Positions 34,362 through 42,775 of a DNA stretch of 64,000 nucleotides are shown here, piece after piece. This stretch comes from a virus, in the IMG/VR virus record IMGVR_UViG_3300018083_000001. One strand, given 5' to 3'. The stretch's first letter is position 1, and each line of letters starts with the position of its first letter. The translations under genes were made by a program, and so were the position numbers. Under the pieces are notes generated by a model. That model searched no databases and was not told the DNA's origin. It worked only from the letters and a program-made list of their open reading frames with translations.

Positions 34362-35278
34362 TAATCGTCGGCGCGGGATTAGCGGGATTGCTCGCCGCTA
34401 ATATGTTACAGCGGCGTCATTCAGTAACGGTCGTTGAGCAACAAGAGCATATCCCCAACAACCATAGCGCAGTGCTTAGGTTTAGGACGCCAATAATAGG
34501 CGATGTGTTAGGTATCCCGTTCCGCAAGGTCAACATGATTAAGTGTCCCGCAGAATGGCGCAATCCTGTGATCGATGCGCTCGCCTACTCCTACAAATGT
34601 ACGGGACAGTATCGTAGTGACCGCTCCATCACGAGCGGACTGGTCGTTGAGCCGCGCTACATAGCACCACCAAATCTGATAGATCGAATGGCTAACAGTA
34701 TCAATCTCAAGCTCAACAATCGGTACGATCATGGTTTGGGCGAGATCAACATCCCGGTTATCAGTACGCTACCGATGCCCAAGCTTATGGAGATGCTAGC
34801 CTATCCTGAAGCGCCAGACATAACAGAGTTCAAGTCAATCAAGGGCTACAACGTCCGCGCCAAAATCGCCGATTGTGATTCATTTATCAGCCTCCTTATC
34901 CCGGACCCAAACATCCCGATCTCCCGCATCTCGATAACTGGAGATGAAATGATCATCGAGGTACCAAGAGCAAGAACACCAGAACAAGTAAGCGCCAAGT
35001 GGATCGCTTCTGCGGCTATCGAGCTACTCGGCATAAGCTCAAATCAAGTTATGGAGGTAACACTTCATGAACAAAAATACTCAAAGATCACGCCCATTGA
35101 CGATGACGCACGCAAACGCTTCATCGCCTGGGCGACAGACCATCACAATATCTACTCGCTTGGACGCTTTGCTACGTGGCGGCCTGATTTACTACTTGAT
35201 GACCTTGTTAACGACATAAGACTAATCGACAAATGGCTAGGACAACATCACGGTTATGATCGAAAGGAACGAAAATGA
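34358..35278 (+). CDS. FAD/NAD(P)-binding Rossmann-fold oxidoreductase-like protein
   Basis: 306 aa. The N-terminal dinucleotide-binding motif is MIIVGAGLAGLLAA ... VTVVEQ. C-terminal SLGRFATWR resembles the amine-oxidase / UDP-galactopyranose-mutase type. Confidence 0.7.
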   Translation: MIIVGAGLAGLLAANMLQRRHSVTVVEQQEHIPNNHSAVLRFRTPIIGDVLGIPFRKVNMIKCPAEWRNPVIDALAYSYKCTGQYRSDRSITSGLVVEPRYIAPPNLIDRMANSINLKLNNRYDHGLGEINIPVISTLPMPKLMEMLAYPEAPDITEFKSIKGYNVRAKIADCDSFISLLIPDPNIPISRISITGDEMIIEVPRARTPEQVSAKWIASAAIELLGISSNQVMEVTLHEQKYSKITPIDDDARKRFIAWATDHHNIYSLGRFATWRPDLLLDDLVNDIRLIDKWLGQHHGYDRKERK

Positions 35279-36018
35279 AAGTTACAGTCGTTGATTACAC
35301 CGGCGCAGGACTTGATGACCGCTGGTACGCCGCCAAGAAGCTAATCCGCGCCAAGAACACCCGCGTCCATACCCCAATGGACATGGATAGCTTGTCGCAA
35401 GAGGAGCTATTAGACCAACTCAAGGCCGTCGCAATGACGATCCGTAGTTCTTGGGAGTTTGTCAACATCACGTTCAAGATCGAGGACATCTCCCGCGCTT
35501 GTTGTGACCAGATGACACGCTCCAGAGTTGGCGTATCTTTTGCCGTGATGGCGCAGCGCGTTGTGGATAACTCTCATTTCAAATATGTAATGCCCGACTC
35601 AATCAAGAAGAACAAAAAGCTTCTAGAGGTTTTTGAGATGCACATGGTCTCAACAGCTTTCCTCTATTCGGTATTCATCAAGGAAGGTATCCCAGCGCAG
35701 GACGCTCGCAGTATATTGCCGATGGCGACATACTCTCCATTGACCGCGGAGTACAACTTGCGCTCACTCGCAGGTGTCGTAGCCAAGCGCGAGAACCTCA
35801 GAGCCCAAGGCGAGTATGCGAGTGTCGCAGCGGAGATGAAGCGTCTCACCATACAACTATGGCCTTGGGCGGATATGTTTCTCTCTCCTGAAGGTACACG
35901 CACACCGGCCATTGACAAAATCATGAAGGATGCGCTTGGTGATCGCTCGCCTGTCGAGAAGCCAGAGCTCAATGACGCGCTCAAGGAGCTAGACCTTCTC
36001 AAAAAGACGTGGGACTGA
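35275..36018 (+). CDS. thyX: ThyX-like flavin-dependent thymidylate synthase homologue with altered signature motif
   Basis: 247 aa in an ATGA overlap with the upstream gene. It has ARSILPMAT and NLRSLAGVVAKRENLRAQGE like ThyX. The RHR-x7-S-QRY signature reads RSR-VGVSFAV-M-A-QRV. Confidence 0.65.
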   Translation: MKVTVVDYTGAGLDDRWYAAKKLIRAKNTRVHTPMDMDSLSQEELLDQLKAVAMTIRSSWEFVNITFKIEDISRACCDQMTRSRVGVSFAVMAQRVVDNSHFKYVMPDSIKKNKKLLEVFEMHMVSTAFLYSVFIKEGIPAQDARSILPMATYSPLTAEYNLRSLAGVVAKRENLRAQGEYASVAAEMKRLTIQLWPWADMFLSPEGTRTPAIDKIMKDALGDRSPVEKPELNDALKELDLLKKTWD

Positions 36019-36019
36019 A

Positions 36020-36232
36020 ATGAAATATGTCTCATATGTAGTCCTACAACTCTGGTGCAATAAAAATGAGAAGCATTCTGAAACGTTCAATGGCCGGTCT
36101 ATCCAGACTTGCAGGAATCAAGCCAAAAAACGCGGCTGGCGTATCCACGCTGACCGGACTGCAACCTGTCGCAACTGCCACACGTTCAAGGTCGAGTATA
36201 AGAACAAAAGACGCCGACCTCAAGTATCATAA
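36020..36232 (+). CDS. hypothetical Cys-containing basic protein
   Basis: 70 aa. The composition looks protein-like (WCNKNEKH ... TCRNCH). It overlaps the 5' part of the next track ORF. Confidence 0.4.
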   Translation: MKYVSYVVLQLWCNKNEKHSETFNGRSIQTCRNQAKKRGWRIHADRTATCRNCHTFKVEYKNKRRRPQVS

Positions 36233-36671
36233 GTTTTGTTTCACAGACATTGATCATACATTCTCCAATGCGGCTTGGCGGGACGCCCAACTTGGCGACT
36301 GGGATGAATATCATAGGCTATCGGTCGATGATAAACCTATCCCAGAGACAGTCGCCTTGTTAGCAAGTTTGAACTCTGATCGATGGTGGACGATAGGATT
36401 GACTGCGCGTCCGGAGAAATGGCGGGCGATAACTATTAACTGGTGCATCAAGCACGGTGTCTTTCTCGATGAACTCATTATGCGGCCAAATGATAACTAT
36501 CAAGGCGCAGCAGAGTTCAAAAGGCAAGAGGTGATAAATCGTCTTTCCGGTCTACAAAAGACGCCGACTGTGATACTCTTTGACGACCGGGATGATGTTA
36601 TAAGTGCAATCAAGGAATCAGGCGTCCGCTGTGCGTTGTTTCAAGTCAACATAGGAGGAGTGGGTGGTTAA
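36066..36671 (+). CDS. HAD-superfamily phosphatase (T4 Pnkp 3'-phosphatase-domain-like); true start unresolved
   Basis: Motifs: FTDIDHT (DxDxT), GLTARPEKWR, and FDDRDDVISAIKESGVRCALFQV. The only in-frame starts (36066, 36090) lie 48-56 codons upstream, within junk-like sequence that overlaps the previous ORF. Confidence 0.65.
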   Translation: MRSILKRSMAGLSRLAGIKPKNAAGVSTLTGLQPVATATRSRSSIRTKDADLKYHKFCFTDIDHTFSNAAWRDAQLGDWDEYHRLSVDDKPIPETVALLASLNSDRWWTIGLTARPEKWRAITINWCIKHGVFLDELIMRPNDNYQGAAEFKRQEVINRLSGLQKTPTVILFDDRDDVISAIKESGVRCALFQVNIGGVGG

Positions 36672-36957
36672 AACTGTTCCAGAGCGATTTATTGATCTTG
36701 CTGATTTATTCGAAGAACGCAATAAGGAATATGGCGCTGATTACAAGAGCCATGGCAAGATGATGATCAGCCACCTCCCTGATGGGATAAACCTTGTTAA
36801 GGAAATTGACTTCAGTCGTTATGATATTGCTGTTATGATCGCGGCAAAGTATGGCCGATATATGAAAAACTTTCATAAAGGCGGTCATGCTGATAGTCTT
36901 AGAGACATCGCCGTTTATTGTATGATGCTAGCGGAGCTAGATGAGGAAGCGAAATGA
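36664..36957 (+). CDS. small helical protein; possibly MazG-like / dNTP diphosphohydrolase N-domain-like
   Basis: 97 aa with a GTG start. The pattern RNKEYGADY ... KYGRY ... HADSLRDIAVYCMM was recalled from memory and not verified. Confidence 0.4.
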   Translation: MVKTVPERFIDLADLFEERNKEYGADYKSHGKMMISHLPDGINLVKEIDFSRYDIAVMIAAKYGRYMKNFHKGGHADSLRDIAVYCMMLAELDEEAK

Positions 36958-37511
36958 TCGCTGTGATATTCGACACTGAAACGACAGGGCTTATCCAAAA
37001 TCATAGCATGTCCCTCAATCAACAACCTGAGGTCATAGAGTTCTATGCGGCGATGGTTAATATGCATACTGGTGAGATACTCCGCGAATTTGAAACATTG
37101 ATCAAGCCAAGCCGGAAGCTTTCTGATGTTCCAGCCTTTGGTGATAAGAAAACCATAACCCAAATGACCGGCATTACCAACGAGATGCTCGAGGACCAAC
37201 CATCATTCAAGGACGTAGCCGATCAAGTAAGGGACATACTCCTTGCCTCTCCCTGTGTGATAGCCCACAATGTCTCGTTCGACTGCGAGATGATCGACAT
37301 TGAATATGAACGCCTCAAGCAATCCTTGATGTGGCGGGATGTTATCTGTACGGTCGAGGCTTCCGCCTATCTAAACGGCGGAAGGCTTTCCCTAACAAAG
37401 CTGCACGAGTATCTTTTCGGAACGCAATTCAAGGACGCGCATCGAGCCAAGCCAGATTGTCAGGCTCTGATACGCTGTACGTTGGAGCTATTCAAGAGAG
37501 GAGTGATATGA
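36954..37511 (+). CDS. dnaQ: DnaQ-like 3'-5' exonuclease (Pol III epsilon family)
   Basis: 185 aa. Exo I is IFDTETTGL, Exo II is AHNVSFDCEMI and Exo III is HRAKPDCQAL. Confidence 0.85.
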   Translation: MIAVIFDTETTGLIQNHSMSLNQQPEVIEFYAAMVNMHTGEILREFETLIKPSRKLSDVPAFGDKKTITQMTGITNEMLEDQPSFKDVADQVRDILLASPCVIAHNVSFDCEMIDIEYERLKQSLMWRDVICTVEASAYLNGGRLSLTKLHEYLFGTQFKDAHRAKPDCQALIRCTLELFKRGVI

Positions 37512-40342
37512 GCGCAAGAATAAGAACAGGTTACTCCTTTAAGACTGCGTGGGGGCATTTGGAGGAGGTGTCTGAACGATTGAATGAAATTCAACTATCC
37601 AGACAACCCATCACAGACAAAGATTCAACGTTTGGCTTCACATCGTGGAATAAGTTAGTCAAGGCTCCGCTCTTTGGCGTTGAGCTTAGTGTTGCTGCCG
37701 CCATCGGGCAAAAGCTTCCAGCAATCGACAATATGACGTTCCTCGCCAAGGACAACTTAAAGTCTCTCAATCAACTCGTACACTTAGCGACTAGCATCGC
37801 CGCCAAAACCCCGCATCTCCGTTACGAGGATGTTAATAACGCAGAAGGTGTTATCAAGATCGCTGGTGAACGGGCGCAACTTGAACTGCTCGATCCATCT
37901 GACAAAGATTTGTATATGGCACTTAGTCCCGCATTGCCCAAAGGCTTATACACGCAAGCAGTCGAGCGCAAATTCAAATTCATTGCCTGTTCGGAGAATT
38001 ATTATCCATTAGCCAAGGACAAGGAGATATATCGCGTTGCGCTTGGTAAGCGTAGCAATACACAAAGCTATCCAATGTACATCCTATCGGATGATGAATG
38101 GGATAAGTCTATTAGGATTGCTTCCGATTTACATAAATCGAAGGCAATCACAAACCGCAAAAAGGTTTTTGCGAAATGTAACGCCAAGTTGTTACCTGCC
38201 GAGCTACTTACTCCGAGGAAAAACCGGACATTGCGCGAGTTATGCCTTGATGGTGCTGAAAGACTAGGTATCAATCTAACCGATCCCATTTATGGTGATC
38301 GTTTAGATAGAGAGCTAGACTTGATCGAAGAGAAAAAGTTTGAGGATTATTTCTTCATCATTGCTGATCTGGTATGTTACGCAAAGACCAAGATGATCGT
38401 TGGTCCTGCGCGAGGTAGTTCGTGCGGATCATTGGTATGTTACCTCCTCAACATCACCGCGGTGGATCCTATTCCATATGGATTGATCTTTGAAAGATTC
38501 ATCGATACAACGCGTGCCGATCTACCGGATATTGATATTGACTTCTCTGATGCGCGGCGCTTTGAAGCATTCAAGTATGCCGAGGAGAAATACGGCAAGG
38601 ACCATGTGGCACGTCTTGGAACTGTAACTCTTTTTAAGCCGACATCCGCCTTGAACCAAGCCGGTGCGTCGCTCCGTGTACCGAAATGGATGGTGACGAA
38701 GGTATCAGATACCATTGTCGAAAGATCGCTGGGAGATGCGCGGGCTTGGCAAACCATCGAGGACACCTTGGAGTCCACGGACGCTGGCCGGCTTATGATC
38801 AAGGATTTTCCCAGCATGAAGCTCGCTCAGCAAATGGAGGGGCATCCGAACTCCTCCTCGCAGCATGCGGCCGGATTGTTACTTACGCAAAGCCCAATAC
38901 TCGATCACGTCGCCGTTCACGGGCAGACCAATGTCGCGATGTGTGATAAATACGATGCTGAATCGCTCAATATGTTGAAGATAGATGCTCTGGGCCTCAC
39001 ACAACTATCTATTTTCGAAAGGACACTTGAGCTGATAGGAGAGAAATCAGTCAATGGGTATCTTGAGAAGCTACCACTGGATGACCCGCTCGCATTCAAA
39101 ATCCTCAATGACTTTAAGTTCGCCGGTATCTTCCAGTTCAATGGTATCGCCCTACAAAATCTCGTCAAGCAGGTCCGAGACATTAATCATCTTGATGATA
39201 TCATCGCGATCACGGCATTGGCACGTCCAGGTCCATTGGCTACCGGAGGAGCAAACCTCTGGTGTAAGCGGCGCACAGGGCGCGAGCCAATTCTTTACAA
39301 TCATCCCATAGTCGAGCCATATCTAAAAGAGACACTTGGCATTGTGATTTATCAAGAGCAAGTCTTAACGATGGGCCGGGAGATAGGCGACCTAAGTTGG
39401 GCACAAGTCACAGCATTGCGGAAGGCAATGAGTAAGTCGTTGGGCGTTGAATATTTTAACCAGTTCGGTGATCCTTGGAAAATCGGCGCGATGAAACGCG
39501 GTATGTCGCAAGGTGTCGCCGACAAGATGTGGGATGATCTTTGCTCGATGGGATCGTGGGCGTTTAACAAGGCGCACGCTGTTGCCTATGGATTGGTGTC
39601 TTATTATTGCTGCTATTTGAAAGCGCATTATCCGCTGGAATTTGCGGCGGCCACGCTGGACGCAGAGAGCGAGCCAGACCGCCAGATTCAATTGTTGCGC
39701 GAGATGAAAGGCGAAGGGATCGACTATGTTGATGTCGATCCGGACCACAGCGGCAAGCTTTGGTCTATCGCTAACAATAAGCTAATCGGACCATTGACCT
39801 CAATCAAGGGCATCGGACCGGCGTTCGTCAACGAGATAATCAACGCCCGCAAGAAAGGCATACCGCTAAGACCAACAATCGCCAATCGTCTTAAGGAAGC
39901 CAAGACAGATATCAAGACACTCTATCCCGTCAAGGCATTTATCGAGCGCAATTATCCCGATTTAGAAAGTATCAACATCGTCAGCAAGGTGCATAATCTC
40001 ATTGACATACAATGCGGTAAATTCGGCAGGTTCGAGCCGATCCTTGCGATCGCCATAGCAGTCAGGATAAATCCGCGCGATGAAAATGAGGAAGTCAATA
40101 TCAGGCGTCGTGGTGGTGAAGTCGTAACAGGACCGACCAAGTATCTAAATATGTTTTTCCGCGACGACACTGATGAAATATTCGTTAAGGTGGACCGCAA
40201 AGACTTTGAACAATACGCAGTGCCGATAATCGAGCGTGGCCGTCCAGGCAAAGCCATCTACGCAATTAAGGGAACGGTCCCGCCAAACTTCAGGATGATA
40301 TCAGTAGATCGTATCAAATATCTGGGGGACATAGACCAATGA
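37508..40342 (+). CDS. dnaE: DNA polymerase III alpha subunit (DnaE-type) with degenerate PHP domain
   Basis: 944 aa from ATG 37508 (ATGA overlap). Motifs: GPARGSSCGSLVCYLLNIT, PDIDIDF, HAAGLLL and FNKAHAVAYG. The N-terminus RIRTGYSF replaces the H.xVHSxYS metal ligands. Confidence 0.9.
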   Translation: MSARIRTGYSFKTAWGHLEEVSERLNEIQLSRQPITDKDSTFGFTSWNKLVKAPLFGVELSVAAAIGQKLPAIDNMTFLAKDNLKSLNQLVHLATSIAAKTPHLRYEDVNNAEGVIKIAGERAQLELLDPSDKDLYMALSPALPKGLYTQAVERKFKFIACSENYYPLAKDKEIYRVALGKRSNTQSYPMYILSDDEWDKSIRIASDLHKSKAITNRKKVFAKCNAKLLPAELLTPRKNRTLRELCLDGAERLGINLTDPIYGDRLDRELDLIEEKKFEDYFFIIADLVCYAKTKMIVGPARGSSCGSLVCYLLNITAVDPIPYGLIFERFIDTTRADLPDIDIDFSDARRFEAFKYAEEKYGKDHVARLGTVTLFKPTSALNQAGASLRVPKWMVTKVSDTIVERSLGDARAWQTIEDTLESTDAGRLMIKDFPSMKLAQQMEGHPNSSSQHAAGLLLTQSPILDHVAVHGQTNVAMCDKYDAESLNMLKIDALGLTQLSIFERTLELIGEKSVNGYLEKLPLDDPLAFKILNDFKFAGIFQFNGIALQNLVKQVRDINHLDDIIAITALARPGPLATGGANLWCKRRTGREPILYNHPIVEPYLKETLGIVIYQEQVLTMGREIGDLSWAQVTALRKAMSKSLGVEYFNQFGDPWKIGAMKRGMSQGVADKMWDDLCSMGSWAFNKAHAVAYGLVSYYCCYLKAHYPLEFAAATLDAESEPDRQIQLLREMKGEGIDYVDVDPDHSGKLWSIANNKLIGPLTSIKGIGPAFVNEIINARKKGIPLRPTIANRLKEAKTDIKTLYPVKAFIERNYPDLESINIVSKVHNLIDIQCGKFGRFEPILAIAIAVRINPRDENEEVNIRRRGGEVVTGPTKYLNMFFRDDTDEIFVKVDRKDFEQYAVPIIERGRPGKAIYAIKGTVPPNFRMISVDRIKYLGDIDQ

Positions 40343-40566
40343 AGGACTATCCAATCACAAAGGGCATTGACGTTCCCAAGGTTGCTCCGGGAGCCAAGTG
40401 GAAATATCCGTTCAATAAAATGGAGGTTGGCGACAGCTTCGAGGTTGATAGTAAAGCCGAGCATCAGAAGGTCCGGGTTGCGGCCTTGAGCTATGCCCGG
40501 AAACATAATAACAAGTTCACGGTTCGCAAATGGAATGATAAATGGCGTTGTTGGAGGATTGAATAA
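40339..40566 (+). CDS. hypothetical protein
   Basis: 75 aa in an ATGA overlap with the dnaE stop. Confidence 0.6.
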   Translation: MKDYPITKGIDVPKVAPGAKWKYPFNKMEVGDSFEVDSKAEHQKVRVAALSYARKHNNKFTVRKWNDKWRCWRIE

Positions 40567-41471
40567 TGAAAATCGCCCTTGTTGTTATCTCTAATCGTCC
40601 AGAGAAAATGAAGACATGCGTCGCTGCGACGTTCAGGCACGCGATGGTTTCATCGCACAAATATCAATTATGTCTCTCGTACCAAGATCCATACACGGTT
40701 AATGATCTTGCTGAAATAGATCGCTCACTTCCAAAAGGAGTAGAATTCAACTTTGCGTATCGCAAGCCGCCAGAAGGGCCACTGTTCAATTTTGTCGAGG
40801 CGCGGCTCCATTCCTTTTGGCTCGCGGAACGTGCCGAGGCTGACTATCTGATATGGGTTGATGATGACTTCCGCTTCACGAACGGCAGCACGACACAACT
40901 TGGAGTATCCACTGGCCGGCGTTATTCTGATGCTGTCTATTATTTGAAGAAATATCCCGAATGTGGATTGGTCCAGATGACGGGCTTCCTTGGCGGAGCA
41001 AATTCCGGACGCTACATCCAGCCATTTTTCAATGGCTTCTATGAAACGGCCTGTGGCCTCGTCATGCGCGGCAAGGACCGCGCCTATGGACCACTTATTG
41101 ATCCGCGTCTTAACGTAATTGGCGGTGGATCTGATCCGGCGACTTTCGTTACCTCTCTCATCAACGGCTTTTATGTCGCCAAGACATTCAATACTCCGCT
41201 CCGAAAGGATCCAAGCAAAAAGATATTCGTTCCAAGCGGACGGTCCGGCAAACACCTCACAGATAATCAAAATTACAGCCAAGATTATCTTACCACTGTC
41301 GGCGTCCACGCGCAGATCACGAAGCATTTCGGCGAATACCGCCACGGCAAGCGTATCTCAAGGCCACTGTACCAGACTTATCGGCTCGCCGCCAAGAGGC
41401 GCGGCCACGAGATTAAATCCGCGATGTGGATGGACCGTGAAGACCAGGAGCGGCTGGCGGAGGAAGTTTAA
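40566..41471 (+). CDS. GT-A-fold glycosyltransferase-like protein
   Basis: 301 aa. The N-terminal beta-strand MKIALVVISNR and the YLIWVDDDFRF (DxD) motif fit the fold. The fold call is tentative. Confidence 0.45.
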   Translation: MKIALVVISNRPEKMKTCVAATFRHAMVSSHKYQLCLSYQDPYTVNDLAEIDRSLPKGVEFNFAYRKPPEGPLFNFVEARLHSFWLAERAEADYLIWVDDDFRFTNGSTTQLGVSTGRRYSDAVYYLKKYPECGLVQMTGFLGGANSGRYIQPFFNGFYETACGLVMRGKDRAYGPLIDPRLNVIGGGSDPATFVTSLINGFYVAKTFNTPLRKDPSKKIFVPSGRSGKHLTDNQNYSQDYLTTVGVHAQITKHFGEYRHGKRISRPLYQTYRLAAKRRGHEIKSAMWMDREDQERLAEEV

Positions 41472-41863
41472 TGGATGGCGGATTACGCCCAATGTTCCGG
41501 AAGCAACTGCGCGACTATTTTTGGGTCGTGATCGAGACGCCGATGAGCGGTGGCGGTGTCCCGGATCACTACTGGTGTAGCTCCGGGATAAGCGGCTGGA
41601 ACGAATACAAAGCCACCTCCGGGATGGTCGTCCGGTTTCGTCCGGAGCAAATCGGCTGGCACTCCGCCTACGCTCGCCACGGAGGAAGGAGCTTCATAAT
41701 TATCCGCCGCCAGAACCGGGATGCCGATGAGATTTATATTTACAAAGGCAGCGACGCAGATCCAAATATGATGAAGAAAACTCCTTGGGTTTATGCCGCC
41801 GATGGTGGTCCGAAAATGTGGAATTGGGAGGTCATTTCCTCCGTCCTACGCACGGCGAAGTAA
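41471..41863 (+). CDS. VRR-NUC / PD-(D/E)xK nuclease-like protein
   Basis: 130 aa. GGGVPDHYW ... GWNEYK ... PEQIGWH matches the VRR-NUC pattern (G.PD ... E.K ... Q..W). Confidence 0.5.
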   Translation: MDGGLRPMFRKQLRDYFWVVIETPMSGGGVPDHYWCSSGISGWNEYKATSGMVVRFRPEQIGWHSAYARHGGRSFIIIRRQNRDADEIYIYKGSDADPNMMKKTPWVYAADGGPKMWNWEVISSVLRTAK

Positions 41864-41983
41864 TAGAACGGCATATCGGATTTCAAACTTAAAACGGTGC
41901 CTGTGAAATCAGCCCTTACTGGGTGTTTTTCACAATTCCGGGATGACACCTTCTTACTAGCACCTAAAAAAGCGTTATTTTAT

Positions 41984-42005
41984 AAGGGCTTACGAAAGCC
42001 CTTTT
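41984..42005 (+). terminator. intrinsic terminator candidate at the end of the replication operon
   Basis: AAGGGCTT-ACGA-AAGCCCTT followed by TT(CAT). The stem is 8 bp and the T-run is only 4 nt. Confidence 0.45.
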
Positions 42006-42059
42006 CATCTGTCTCGAAAAAGGGCTATTTTACCGGACGTTCTACCGTCGTGAGACGCT

Positions 42060-42437
42060 AGATAAAAAGGTTACTCGGGACTAACCCGAGCGCAGGGAGG
42101 AAAGCCCTCCCGGAAAGCGGACTCAAAAGCGCCTGAGCGGAGTGAAGCCGAGAACCTGGATCGGTAGCGCTGCGAGGGTTAGTAAATCGAGCGGGATGCC
42201 GCGAGAGAGAAGAAGCGAAAAAGTTTTCGAGTGCGCATCGACGCCACCCGAATGTCCACCGCGACCGCAGTACGGACGAAAACTTTTTCGAAGCCCCCAC
42301 CCAATCGCGGTGGGCTGTTGGAAATCCCGAATGCCCTCCGTGGCCGTAGTAGGGATGTTGAGGATTGTTCCTAGTGCGTCGCACCTACGGGATGCGGCGC
42401 ATCGGGGAGCAATACCGCTCCGATGAGGAGACTGAAC
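42060..42437 (+). ncRNA. candidate structured non-coding RNA / regulatory leader (class unknown)
   Basis: About 380 nt of GC-rich sequence with no credible ORF. It has several hairpins: 42074-42090, 42095-42111, 42296-42314, and a 14-bp inverted pair at 42216-42229 / 42277-42290. The strand is assumed from the flanking genes. Confidence 0.3.
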
Positions 42438-42674
42438 GTGATAACGATTAAAGAAGCGACCACCCTTCTGAACCTTGCGAAAGCCTACGCTGCGAACGAA
42501 AAGATTGGCGACCAGGCTCAGAGGCTCTATGTAAATAATTTCGATAAAGCCGAGCGACTGGACGACCAGTACGATAAGACGGAGGAGAAGCTGGACCGCT
42601 CCCTGCGGGTGGCTCTTCTGAAACTGATCGATGCGAACTGGGCGCTGGCCGGAACGCCGGTGAAGATTAAGTAA
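42438..42674 (+). CDS. hypothetical coiled-coil protein
   Basis: 78 aa from GTG 42438, with GAGGAG 7 nt upstream. The track start ATG 42423 has no RBS. Confidence 0.55.
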   Translation: MITIKEATTLLNLAKAYAANEKIGDQAQRLYVNNFDKAERLDDQYDKTEEKLDRSLRVALLKLIDANWALAGTPVKIK

Positions 42675-42775
42675 CTGACTACCTCTGGGGGACGCTGGAA
42701 TGACCCAGCGTCCCTTTCCTTCCACCGAAAGACTCCAAGCCCATCGAGGCACGGAGCAAATAAGGAACTACTAAA

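Noticed and set aside
42216-42290. Retron-like msr/msd (inverted repeats flanking a structured segment)
   Set aside because: There is no reverse transcriptase ORF downstream or anywhere in the window. Each 14-mer is itself a dyad (CGAAAA-NN-TTTTCG), so a pair of protein-binding sites is an equally good explanation.
42058-42752. Track ORFs 42058-42384(-), 42123-42752(-) and 42142-42426(+) in the long intergenic region
   Set aside because: Their composition is Arg/Ser/Pro-rich and junk-like, with no RBS. One overlaps the better-supported plus-strand ORF 42438-42674. I treat the region as non-coding.
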